DNA of 46,647 bases from Christensenellaceae bacterium. GTDB lineage: Bacteria > Bacillota > Clostridia > Christensenellales > Borkfalkiaceae. The notes beneath the pieces were generated by a model. It searched no databases. It had not been told where the DNA came from and saw only the letters and a program-made list of their open reading frames with translations. The translations under genes were made by a program, and so were the position numbers. The stretch covers positions 1 through 46,647 of the forward strand of contig JAZRVG010000066.1 of assembly GCA_045599025.1 (NCBI GenBank). Direction: 5' to 3'. This document shows positions 35,574 through 43,315 of the stretch, one piece after another; the first letter of the stretch is position 1, and each line of letters opens with the position of its first letter.

Positions 35574-37634
35574 ATGAATTATCAAGAATTTATTCAAAAA
35601 TACCGCCTATCTCCTAACGGGCAACAAGAAATTGCCATTAAAAGCGTAAGCGGTCATATTTTATTATTAGCCGTTCCCGGTAGCGGAAAAACAACTACAC
35701 TAATTTCAAGACTCGGCTATATGATTTTTTGCGAAAATATTTCGCCCAAAAAAATTCTTTCCATAACTTTTAGTAACGAAGCGTCAAAAGATATGGCAAA
35801 AAGATTTTTATCCGTTTTTAATACCGATAAAGATTTGGTTTTTCGTACTATTAACAGTTTATCGTTAGGGCTTATTACTTTTTACTCAAAGTTACACGAA
35901 GGATACAAGGTAAATAACCTTATAGAACAATCCGTTAAGAAAAAAATTTTATCTTCTCTTTACTATAATATTCATAAAATTTACCCGTTAGAAACCGAAA
36001 TAAATTCGGTAGAATCGGCAATTTCTATGAAGAAAAACCAAATGATTTTAGACGAAGAATTAAATGATTTTTCTAAAAAATTTGACTTTAATTTTAAGGA
36101 AATTTACAAAGGTTATTCGGAATTTTTAAAACAAAATTCTTTAATGGATTTTGACGACCAAATGGTTATAGCCTATAATCTTTTAAAAAGTGACAACGAA
36201 TTTTTACAAATTTGCCAAAATCAATACGAATACATTAGCGTTGACGAAGCACAAGACACTTCAAAAATTCAATACGAAATTATAAAACTCATATCAAACA
36301 AATATCAAAATTTGTTTATGGTTGGCGATGAAGACCAAAGTATTTACGGATTTAGGGGTGCTACGCCTAAAATACTACTTGATTTTGAAAAAGATTTTGA
36401 AAACGCAAAAGTAATTTATTCCGAACAAAACTACCGTAGCGGAAAAGAAATTTGCGACGCATCGCTTAACTTTATATCAAAAAATAAAAACCGTAAAGAC
36501 AAAAAAATAATCTCTACGCAAAATTTTACTTCAAAAATAAATAATATAGAGTTAAAACACGACTTTTTGCAATATCAATATTTACTTGACGTTGCGAAGA
36601 AAAACCCGAAAAACACGGCTATTTTATACCGTGATAACGATAGCGTTATTCCACTTGTAGATTTGCTTTTACGAAACGGTATTCCCTTTAAAATCAATAA
36701 AAAACAATCTTCTTACACTAACCGTATAATGCAAGATTTTATTGATATTTTAGAATTCGTTTTCCACCCGTACAGTACGGAAGCGTTTATGAAAGTTTAC
36801 TATAAAATAGGCTGTAAAATTGATAGAAAATACGCCGAAAAAGTTTGTCAATGCAGTACAAAAAACAACAAGCCCGTTTTGCAAACGGCAAGTTTTTTAC
36901 TCGGCAATAACAACCCTAAATTATCAAACGAATTAAAGAACGTTTGCAAGGAATTTTTAGGTTTAAGTGCTTATTCGGGCAGTGCCGTTTATACGAGAAT
37001 ATTGAACTATTGCGGTTATAAAAATTACTTGATTTATTCAAACAAACTTGACGAATACAAATTAAGAACTATTGAATTTCTTTCTTATAATTGCAAAAAC
37101 GCATCGGAACTACTTTACTTACTTAAAAATATAGACGCAAAACTTCAAGTAAACGAAGAAATGGACGAAGACGGCTTGATTTTATCTACAATGCACGCAA
37201 GCAAAGGAAGAGAATTTGACGAAGTGTATTTAATGGATATTATTGACGGAAAATGCCCTACCGTTGATACGGGTAGCCCCGATTACGAAGAAGAAAGAAG
37301 AATTTTTTACGTGGCTATGACGAGAGCGAAAAAAGTTCTTAATATTTTCACTTTTGCAAACACGAGTTCCCGTGAAAAGAGTAGTTTTTCCAAGGAAATT
37401 TTTGAAAATCCGACTAAAAAACAGGAATTAGTACCCGAAAAGAAAAAAAGTAATATCAACGTAGAAAAAATTAGCGTAGGCACACAAATAATGCACCTAA
37501 ATTACGGATTAGGCGAAGTGTTAAAAAAAGAAGAAAAAAACGGTTTAACCGTTCTATCGGTGCGTTTTAAAACGGGAGATAAAATTTTATCTTTAAACGC
37601 TTTAATAGAAAAAGGGTTAATTGAATTAAAATAA
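35574..37634 (+). CDS. UvrD/Rep/PcrA-family SF1 DNA helicase with a C-terminal Tudor-like tail
   Basis: ORF track. Motifs AVPGSGKTT (I), ITFSNEA (Ia), VDEAQDTS (II), VGDEDQSIYGFRGA (III), QNYRS (IV), VAMTRAKK (VI). The C-terminal string GTQIMHLNYGLGEVL resembles the PcrA/UvrD Tudor fold. Confidence 0.85.
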   Translation: MNYQEFIQKYRLSPNGQQEIAIKSVSGHILLLAVPGSGKTTTLISRLGYMIFCENISPKKILSITFSNEASKDMAKRFLSVFNTDKDLVFRTINSLSLGLITFYSKLHEGYKVNNLIEQSVKKKILSSLYYNIHKIYPLETEINSVESAISMKKNQMILDEELNDFSKKFDFNFKEIYKGYSEFLKQNSLMDFDDQMVIAYNLLKSDNEFLQICQNQYEYISVDEAQDTSKIQYEIIKLISNKYQNLFMVGDEDQSIYGFRGATPKILLDFEKDFENAKVIYSEQNYRSGKEICDASLNFISKNKNRKDKKIISTQNFTSKINNIELKHDFLQYQYLLDVAKKNPKNTAILYRDNDSVIPLVDLLLRNGIPFKINKKQSSYTNRIMQDFIDILEFVFHPYSTEAFMKVYYKIGCKIDRKYAEKVCQCSTKNNKPVLQTASFLLGNNNPKLSNELKNVCKEFLGLSAYSGSAVYTRILNYCGYKNYLIYSNKLDEYKLRTIEFLSYNCKNASELLYLLKNIDAKLQVNEEMDEDGLILSTMHASKGREFDEVYLMDIIDGKCPTVDTGSPDYEEERRIFYVAMTRAKKVLNIFTFANTSSREKSSFSKEIFENPTKKQELVPEKKKSNINVEKISVGTQIMHLNYGLGEVLKKEEKNGLTVLSVRFKTGDKILSLNALIEKGLIELK

Positions 37635-37664
37635 AAATCACGCCTAAAATAGCGTGATTTTTTT
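37633..37664. terminator. Bidirectional terminator between convergent genes
   Basis: aaatcacgc/gcgtgattt stem (37635-37660) flanked by A- and T-runs. Confidence 0.7.
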
Positions 37665-38433
37665 AGTCAAAAAAGTCAGTTCCGTTTTGTGAGCCGTTTA
37701 AATTTCCGTTTTCTTGTTTAGAAATAATTTTTATAGCGTTATCTATTTCATCATAAAAATTAAAAAGTATGGGAGTATAAACTCTTTCGGTTTTTTCTTT
37801 AACATTTTGCAAATATACGCTATACTGTTTAGAAAAACCGTTATCGTGAAGGTTAAAATGCGTATCACTAAATACTCTAAATATCAAATATTTAAACTCG
37901 TTAGACATCATATCAAGTTGAATAAAACGGTAAATTTCGTATTCGTCGCCAACGTTATTTTCTCTAATATCGTCAAAAAAAGCCAAAAATCCGTTCCTTG
38001 TTTTTATGCTTTCAAGCAATAATTCAAACGTCAATTTGATTTTGGGAATATTTTCGGTACTTGTATATATTTTTACACTGTAATCAAATTCTCTTAAATC
38101 AATATTCCCGTTTCGTCTGTAATCTGTTTTGCAAAAATCAATATATTCTTTAATAAAAGTTTCGTCAGCACCGTTAAATTTTTTTAAAGATTCGTTTAAT
38201 AATTTTTTAAACTTTTTCATTGAAAAAAAATATTTTAGTTTGTATTGATTTTTGAGAGCATACAAGAAAAACGAAAATATTACGAATATTACAAAACTAA
38301 CTATTAAAATAATAATATCTTCCGTATTCACTTCGTCTAAACCAAAAGGCAACATAATTAAGCCTATCAATAAAATAGCAAGTGAAGAAGCAAAAGGTAC
38401 TACTACCAAAAAAATTAAAATTTGTCTTTTCAT
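37663..38433 (-). CDS. Hypothetical membrane protein (two N-terminal transmembrane helices plus a ~190-aa cytoplasmic domain)
   Basis: The ORF track start was trimmed to the ATG at 38433 (SD AGGAG). Hydrophobic segments ILIFLVVVPFASSLAILLIGLIML and IIILIVSFVIFVIFSFFLYAL. No known motif. Confidence 0.6.
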   Translation of the reverse strand: MKRQILIFLVVVPFASSLAILLIGLIMLPFGLDEVNTEDIIILIVSFVIFVIFSFFLYALKNQYKLKYFFSMKKFKKLLNESLKKFNGADETFIKEYIDFCKTDYRRNGNIDLREFDYSVKIYTSTENIPKIKLTFELLLESIKTRNGFLAFFDDIRENNVGDEYEIYRFIQLDMMSNEFKYLIFRVFSDTHFNLHDNGFSKQYSVYLQNVKEKTERVYTPILFNFYDEIDNAIKIISKQENGNLNGSQNGTDFFD

Positions 38434-38544
38434 AAAAACTCCTTTTCTCATTATACTACTATTTTAATAAATTATCAAGGTATCGTTTACAAATTTAAAA
38501 TTTAATGATATTATAGTAGAAGTTATACATACTCAAAGGAAATT

Positions 38545-39024
38545 ATGAATTACACTGTTCAAAATCTTGAAGAAAAACACAATAAACAACTTGAAACTGT
38601 TATTAGAAACTGCCTTATAGAGTTTGGTGCGAACAGAGAAGGCTTTGCTTGGAGCGACCCGTTTTTATCTCATTTATCAACCGAATATAATAAAGAAGGC
38701 ACTGCTTATTTCGTTGCGATTGACGAAAACGGAAAGGTAGTAGGCGGAGCGGGAATAGGCAAAATTAAAGGATTTGAAAATATTTGCGAACTTCAAAAAA
38801 TGTACGTTGAACCTAACGCCCGTGGTACGGGTATTGCTCACGAACTTATAAAAAAGTGTTTGGAATTTGCTAAAACTCATTACGAAAAATGTTATATAGA
38901 AACGCTTAAAAATATGGTTGCGGCAAACAAATTTTATCAAAAATACGGCTTTTCGTATCTTGATAAACCTTTAATTTCTTCCGACCATTATTCTTGCGAT
39001 ACTTGGCTTATAAAAGAATTATAA
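38545..39024 (+). CDS. GNAT-family N-acetyltransferase
   Basis: ORF track. Acetyl-CoA motif A ELQKMYVEPNARGTGIAHELIKK. Confidence 0.85.
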   Translation: MNYTVQNLEEKHNKQLETVIRNCLIEFGANREGFAWSDPFLSHLSTEYNKEGTAYFVAIDENGKVVGGAGIGKIKGFENICELQKMYVEPNARGTGIAHELIKKCLEFAKTHYEKCYIETLKNMVAANKFYQKYGFSYLDKPLISSDHYSCDTWLIKEL

Positions 39025-39040
39025 TTTAATTAAAAATATC

Positions 39041-39070
39041 AAAAATGCACGGGAATTCCCGTGCATTTTT
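39041..39070. terminator. Bidirectional terminator (perfect 30-nt palindrome)
   Basis: aaaaatgcacgggaa/ttcccgtgcattttt. Confidence 0.75.
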
Positions 39071-39857
39071 ACATTTTATTATACCTTTCAAGTAAATCTT
39101 TTACTCTTTCGTAACTTAATTTATAAAAGTCAACTATATTCATATTTCGGTACTTTTCAAGATACTTACTTTCCAAAGTAAAATTGCCGTTATAGTTTGC
39201 GGTTTTTAAACCTTTTAAAACTATATCAAAATCTAAATTTCCGTCGTAAGGGAGTAAGTGTTCATCCGTTTCTCCGTGATTATCGTGAAGGTGTACGGCA
39301 AAAATTTTATCTTTAAACCTTTCAAAATCTATTTGGTCTTTTTGAAGATAATGAAAATGTCCGCTATCTAAACAAAGCCCTAAATTTTCGTTTTTTAGTC
39401 TATCGTAAACAAAATACACAAATTCAATATATCTTGTGTTTTCAAGGGCTATCTTAACGCCTATATCGCTTGCCGTTTTTAATATTTTTTCAAATCTTTT
39501 AAAACCTAATTCGTTCGGCGGATAATACGTAGGGCGTGTGTGCAAATGCATAACCGTTTTGTTTATTCCACGCCTTTTTAATTCTTTTAAATCTAAAATA
39601 TACCTTTTTACGAGTTCGTCCCCCGTAATTCCTTCCTGCCAAAGTTCGTTTATTGATTTATATTCCATATGGGCAAATTCAATATTTAAACCTTGCGACT
39701 TAACGTAGTCAAAAGCATTTACGTATTCGCTTGGAAAAAATTCATTATACCATTGAATAAAAACGGTATCGTAGCCGGCTTGTTTTATAGCGTTAACGGT
39801 TTCCGTATAGTTTGCACCGTAATTTGATATTTGAACGCATTGAGATAATTTTTGCAT
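39069..39857 (-). CDS. Sugar-phosphate isomerase/epimerase (xylose-isomerase-like TIM barrel, AP endonuclease 2 family)
   Basis: ORF track. Metal-ligand-like strings IALEN, CLDSGH, HLHDN...DEH. Confidence 0.7.
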   Translation of the reverse strand: MQKLSQCVQISNYGANYTETVNAIKQAGYDTVFIQWYNEFFPSEYVNAFDYVKSQGLNIEFAHMEYKSINELWQEGITGDELVKRYILDLKELKRRGINKTVMHLHTRPTYYPPNELGFKRFEKILKTASDIGVKIALENTRYIEFVYFVYDRLKNENLGLCLDSGHFHYLQKDQIDFERFKDKIFAVHLHDNHGETDEHLLPYDGNLDFDIVLKGLKTANYNGNFTLESKYLEKYRNMNIVDFYKLSYERVKDLLERYNKM

Positions 39858-39997
39858 GTTTTTATTTTAGCACCTTTTTTTAAAAAAGAAAACTTTTTAA
39901 ACAAAAACGTTGTAAAAATTTTAATTTTATTTTTTATAAAATTTGAAAGCGAACCACATGGTTAAACGTTAAGAAAATATGTTTTAAAGTAGTATTA

Positions 39998-40435
39998 TTA
40001 ACGTTTTTCAAAACTTGATAAAATCTTTTTTAAAATTCCGTATAATTGTACCGCTTCGTCCTTTTGAAGATGAACGCAAGTGGCAATTCTTTCGGGAATT
40101 GTTAACGCTTTTTCTCTTAAAGATAAACCTTCTTCGGTTAACTCTATAAGCAAATTTCTATCGTCGTTTTTATCTTTTTTTCTTATTATATAACCTTTTG
40201 TTTCCAACTTTTTCAAAAGCGGAGTTAATGTTCCGCTATCAAGGAAAATTCTTTCGCCTAACTTTTTTAAAGTTATTTCTTTCTCTTCCCATAATACCAT
40301 CATTGAGATATACTGCGTGTAGGTTAAACCTATTTCGTCCAAGAAAGGTTTATATAATCTCGTTATTTCTTTTCCGCAAGCATAGAGCGGAAAACATAAT
40401 TGATTTTCTAATTTTAATATATCGTATTTATCCAT
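39998..40435 (-). CDS. ohrR: MarR-family regulator, OhrR-like (1-Cys peroxide sensor type)
   Basis: ORF track. The N-terminal LENQLCFPLYA carries the OhrR sensing-Cys context. Winged HTH in the middle of the protein. Confidence 0.7.
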   Translation of the reverse strand: MDKYDILKLENQLCFPLYACGKEITRLYKPFLDEIGLTYTQYISMMVLWEEKEITLKKLGERIFLDSGTLTPLLKKLETKGYIIRKKDKNDDRNLLIELTEEGLSLREKALTIPERIATCVHLQKDEAVQLYGILKKILSSFEKR

Positions 40436-40437
40436 AA

Positions 40438-40689
40438 TTATTTTTCAAGAGCAATTTTTAACGCTTTGGTAAGTTGGTCGGCACAACTCGTAGGTCTTCT
40501 TCCGCAAGTGTTACCTTGTAATTTTTCTATAATTTCGGCAATATTCATACCTTCTAACAATTTAGAAAGCGCTTTTAAGTTTCCGTTGCATCCACCTAAA
40601 AAAGATAAGTTGTAAAGTTTTCCGTTTTCTATATCAAAACTTATATTTTGCGGACAAACCATTTCGGGAACGTATTCAAAATGTTTCAT
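40438..40689 (-). CDS. Small TSCPD-domain protein (TIGR03905-like, four conserved Cys)
   Basis: ORF track. Strings VCPQ, GGCNGN, TCGRRPTSCADQL. Its ATG overlaps the gpx stop (ATGA). Confidence 0.7.
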   Translation of the reverse strand: MKHFEYVPEMVCPQNISFDIENGKLYNLSFLGGCNGNLKALSKLLEGMNIAEIIEKLQGNTCGRRPTSCADQLTKALKIALEK

Positions 40690-41207
40690 AGCAACTCCTC
40701 AACTCTGCGTTTAACTTCCTTCATAGATACGGTCGGTTCAAAACGTGCTATTACTTCGCCGTTTCTGTCAACTAAAAATTTGGTAAAGTTCCAATGAATA
40801 TCGTCGCTTTTGTTTGTTTTAGAAAACACGCCTAACATTTTCATTTTAAACGATTTGTCCGTAAAACCTTGCTCCGCTTTTAAAAAAGTAAATAAAGGCT
40901 CGGCATTTTCTCCGTTTACGTCTATCTTTTTAAATAACGGGAAAGTAATTCCGTATCTTGAAGAACAAAAAGACGCTATTTCTTCATCGCTACCCGGTGC
41001 TTGATGAGCAAATTGATTACACGGAAAATCAAGAATTTCAAAACCTTTTTCTTTATTTTCTTCGTATAAGTCTTGCAAATCGTCGTACTGCGGAGTGAAA
41101 CCGCAACCCGTTGCCGAATTGATTATTAAAAGTACTTTGTTTTGATACTCATATAAACTAACTTCTTCGCCAACGTTGTTTTTTACTTTAAAATCGTAAA
41201 CTTTCAT
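40686..41207 (-). CDS. Glutathione-peroxidase-family thiol peroxidase
   Basis: ORF track. Motifs NSATGCGFTPQY, FPCNQF and WNFTKFL are the GPx catalytic signatures (Cys type). Confidence 0.85.
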   Translation of the reverse strand: MKVYDFKVKNNVGEEVSLYEYQNKVLLIINSATGCGFTPQYDDLQDLYEENKEKGFEILDFPCNQFAHQAPGSDEEIASFCSSRYGITFPLFKKIDVNGENAEPLFTFLKAEQGFTDKSFKMKMLGVFSKTNKSDDIHWNFTKFLVDRNGEVIARFEPTVSMKEVKRRVEELL

Positions 41208-41230
41208 TTTTTATTCTCCTTTTTGGTTGT

Positions 41231-41281
41231 ATACGATTGATTGTATGCAATTATTATATACCGACTTAAAAGTTTTGTCAA
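41231..41281 (-). promoter_or_regulatory. gpx-operon promoter (TTGACA-17-TATAAT) with an imperfect palindrome over the predicted start site
   Basis: On the minus strand, TTGACA at 41281-41276 and TATAAT at 41258-41253. Palindrome ATACGAT-TG-ATTGTAT at 41231-41246, with ACAAT/ATTGT half-sites like the B. subtilis OhrR box. Confidence 0.55.
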
Positions 41282-41326
41282 CACTTTTTTTAAAAAAATA
41301 AAAAATGGCGGTAAATTCGCCACTTT

Positions 41327-41719
41327 TTAATATTCTATATCGTATATATCTTCAAAAAAAACTTGCGTTCCGCCGTTAAAAATTATCTTTTTATTAAGAT
41401 AATCAACTTTTTTTATACTGTCGCAAACGGTAGCGTTCTCTCCGCCTTGTTTTTTATCGTCGCTTAAAAAGTAAGTGATTTTTACCGTTTTTATGCCTTT
41501 TAATAAAATTTCTTGAAATTTTCCGTTTAAAATTTCCTTTTCACTTTCGTCAAGTTCTATTTTTTTATTAACTAATCTTCCTTCTTCTTCAATAACTCCG
41601 TCAAAACCCGTTAGAGCGGCAAACGGAGCAAATTGAGAGGCTCGCATTTCGGGTTTAATTTTATCTTTACGCTTACTGCCGTTATATTCAATATTCATTA
41701 TATCGCTATAATCGTCCAT
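41327..41719 (-). CDS. YolD-like accessory protein of the Y-family polymerase
   Basis: ORF track. Motif SQFAPFAALTGF. The start lies 1 nt after the polymerase stop. Confidence 0.7.
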   Translation of the reverse strand: MDDYSDIMNIEYNGSKRKDKIKPEMRASQFAPFAALTGFDGVIEEEGRLVNKKIELDESEKEILNGKFQEILLKGIKTVKITYFLSDDKKQGGENATVCDSIKKVDYLNKKIIFNGGTQVFFEDIYDIEY

Positions 41720-41720
41720 A

Positions 41721-43205
41721 CTACGCTTTATGTCCCCCTATTTGCTCGTTTCTTTCTTTCGTTGTTGCACCCGCTTTAAAATTCATACCTTTTAAAATTG
41801 CATTTTTCCCAAACTTGTCTTTTATTTTTAGCGTGGCTTTTTGAAGTTCTCTTTCCTTTTTTAGCATTTCGTCTTGCTTATCTATTTTATCTACGTTAAA
41901 AATATCTATTTGTTCGGCGTAATTTTCAAGATTTTCATTTTCGTAAACTACGTTATTCGCACATATACTTATTCTTCTAAACAGTAAATTTTTATCAACT
42001 ATTCTTTCAAAAAGTTTCATACTTGCGTCGGCTATAAGCATTGTTGAAGAAGTGTAGCGTGATAAATTTTCCGTTCCGTGAGCGTACTTTGGAACTTCCC
42101 TTCCGTATCTGTCTAAAATGATTTCGCCTTTATAATATTCTTTAATTTTAGCGTCTAACAAGTTCTCGTTATCGTAACCTACCGTTAACACTATTTGGTT
42201 GGTTATTAGCCGTTTTTCAACGAGATTTAACGACAACACTTCCGCCATTTCCCTTACTATAATTTGCATTTTTTCGTAATTATACGGGCATTTTAAAACT
42301 TGACCTTCACTAATACTGTTTGCAAGCGGTTTGTAATTTTTTATCTCTTTTATAGTACAAGGTTCGTAGCCCCACGCATGGTCAATAATAAGTTCCGCAT
42401 TTATACCGAAAATTTTATACAAGAGTTCTTCGTTATAAGTAGATAGCCTTGCAATATCGCCCATAGTGTATATATGATTTTTTTCAAGCCTTGTTGCTAT
42501 TCCTTTACCCAAACGCCAAAAGTCCGTTATCGGCTTATGAGACCAAAGTTCCTTTCTGTATTTTTGCTCGTCAAGTTCGGCAATTCTCACACCGTTTTCG
42601 TCGGCTGGAATTTTTTTTGCAACAATGTCCATTGCTATTTTACTTAAATATAAGTTAGTTCCTATTCCCGCCGTTGCGGTTATTCCCGTTTTAGACAAAA
42701 CTTCTTTTACAAGCGTCATTGTAAAATCGTGAGCGTTTGTTTTATAAGTTTTTAAATAGGAAGTTGCGTCAATAAACACTTCGTCTATTGAATAAACGTG
42801 AATATCTTCCTTGCTAACGTACTGTAAATATATTGAATAAATTTTAGAACTGTATTTTTCATACAACGCCATACGGGGCGTGGCTACTATATACGAAAGT
42901 TCTAACGACGGGTTGCTTTTAAGTTCGGTATCGTTATAAGATTTTGAAGTAAACGGCTTTGATTTATTTTTATATTTTCTTACTCTGTTTATTTCGTTTA
43001 TTTTTTGCACCACTTCAAAAAGCCTACTTCTACCTTTTAGCCCGTAAGACTTTAACGACGGAGAAACGGCAAGGCAAATGGTTTTTTCGGTACGTGAAGA
43101 ATCTGCAACTACCAAGTTGGTAGTTAACGGGTCCAAACTCCTTTCAACACACTCTACGGAAGCGTAAAAAGATTTTAAGTCTATCGCAATATAAGTTTTA
43201 TTCAT
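41721..43205 (-). CDS. Y-family (translesion) DNA polymerase, UvrX/ImpB-like
   Basis: ORF track. N-terminal IAIDLKSFYASVE, plus SIDEVFID. SD GGAGG. Confidence 0.85.
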   Translation of the reverse strand: MNKTYIAIDLKSFYASVECVERSLDPLTTNLVVADSSRTEKTICLAVSPSLKSYGLKGRSRLFEVVQKINEINRVRKYKNKSKPFTSKSYNDTELKSNPSLELSYIVATPRMALYEKYSSKIYSIYLQYVSKEDIHVYSIDEVFIDATSYLKTYKTNAHDFTMTLVKEVLSKTGITATAGIGTNLYLSKIAMDIVAKKIPADENGVRIAELDEQKYRKELWSHKPITDFWRLGKGIATRLEKNHIYTMGDIARLSTYNEELLYKIFGINAELIIDHAWGYEPCTIKEIKNYKPLANSISEGQVLKCPYNYEKMQIIVREMAEVLSLNLVEKRLITNQIVLTVGYDNENLLDAKIKEYYKGEIILDRYGREVPKYAHGTENLSRYTSSTMLIADASMKLFERIVDKNLLFRRISICANNVVYENENLENYAEQIDIFNVDKIDKQDEMLKKERELQKATLKIKDKFGKNAILKGMNFKAGATTKERNEQIGGHKA

Positions 43206-43315
43206 TTAACGCCTCCTATATAATAATATAACATTTTTTTAAATAAAATACAACGGCAATTTAATAAAATTTAAGCCGTACCCTTTTGGCACGGCTAATT
43301 ATTTATTTTATATAC

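Noticed and set aside
35574-38451. Helicase plus membrane protein as a two-gene defence module
   Set aside because: The genes are convergent and separated by a bidirectional terminator (37633-37664), so they are not co-transcribed. There is no nuclease, ATPase partner or other defence hallmark.
43206-43315. LexA (Cheo) box upstream of the Y-family polymerase
   Set aside because: I looked for GAAC-N4-GTTC on both strands by eye and found none. The nearest look-alike in the window (cgaaccacatggtt at ~39946-39959) lacks the GTTC half and is not upstream of a repair gene.
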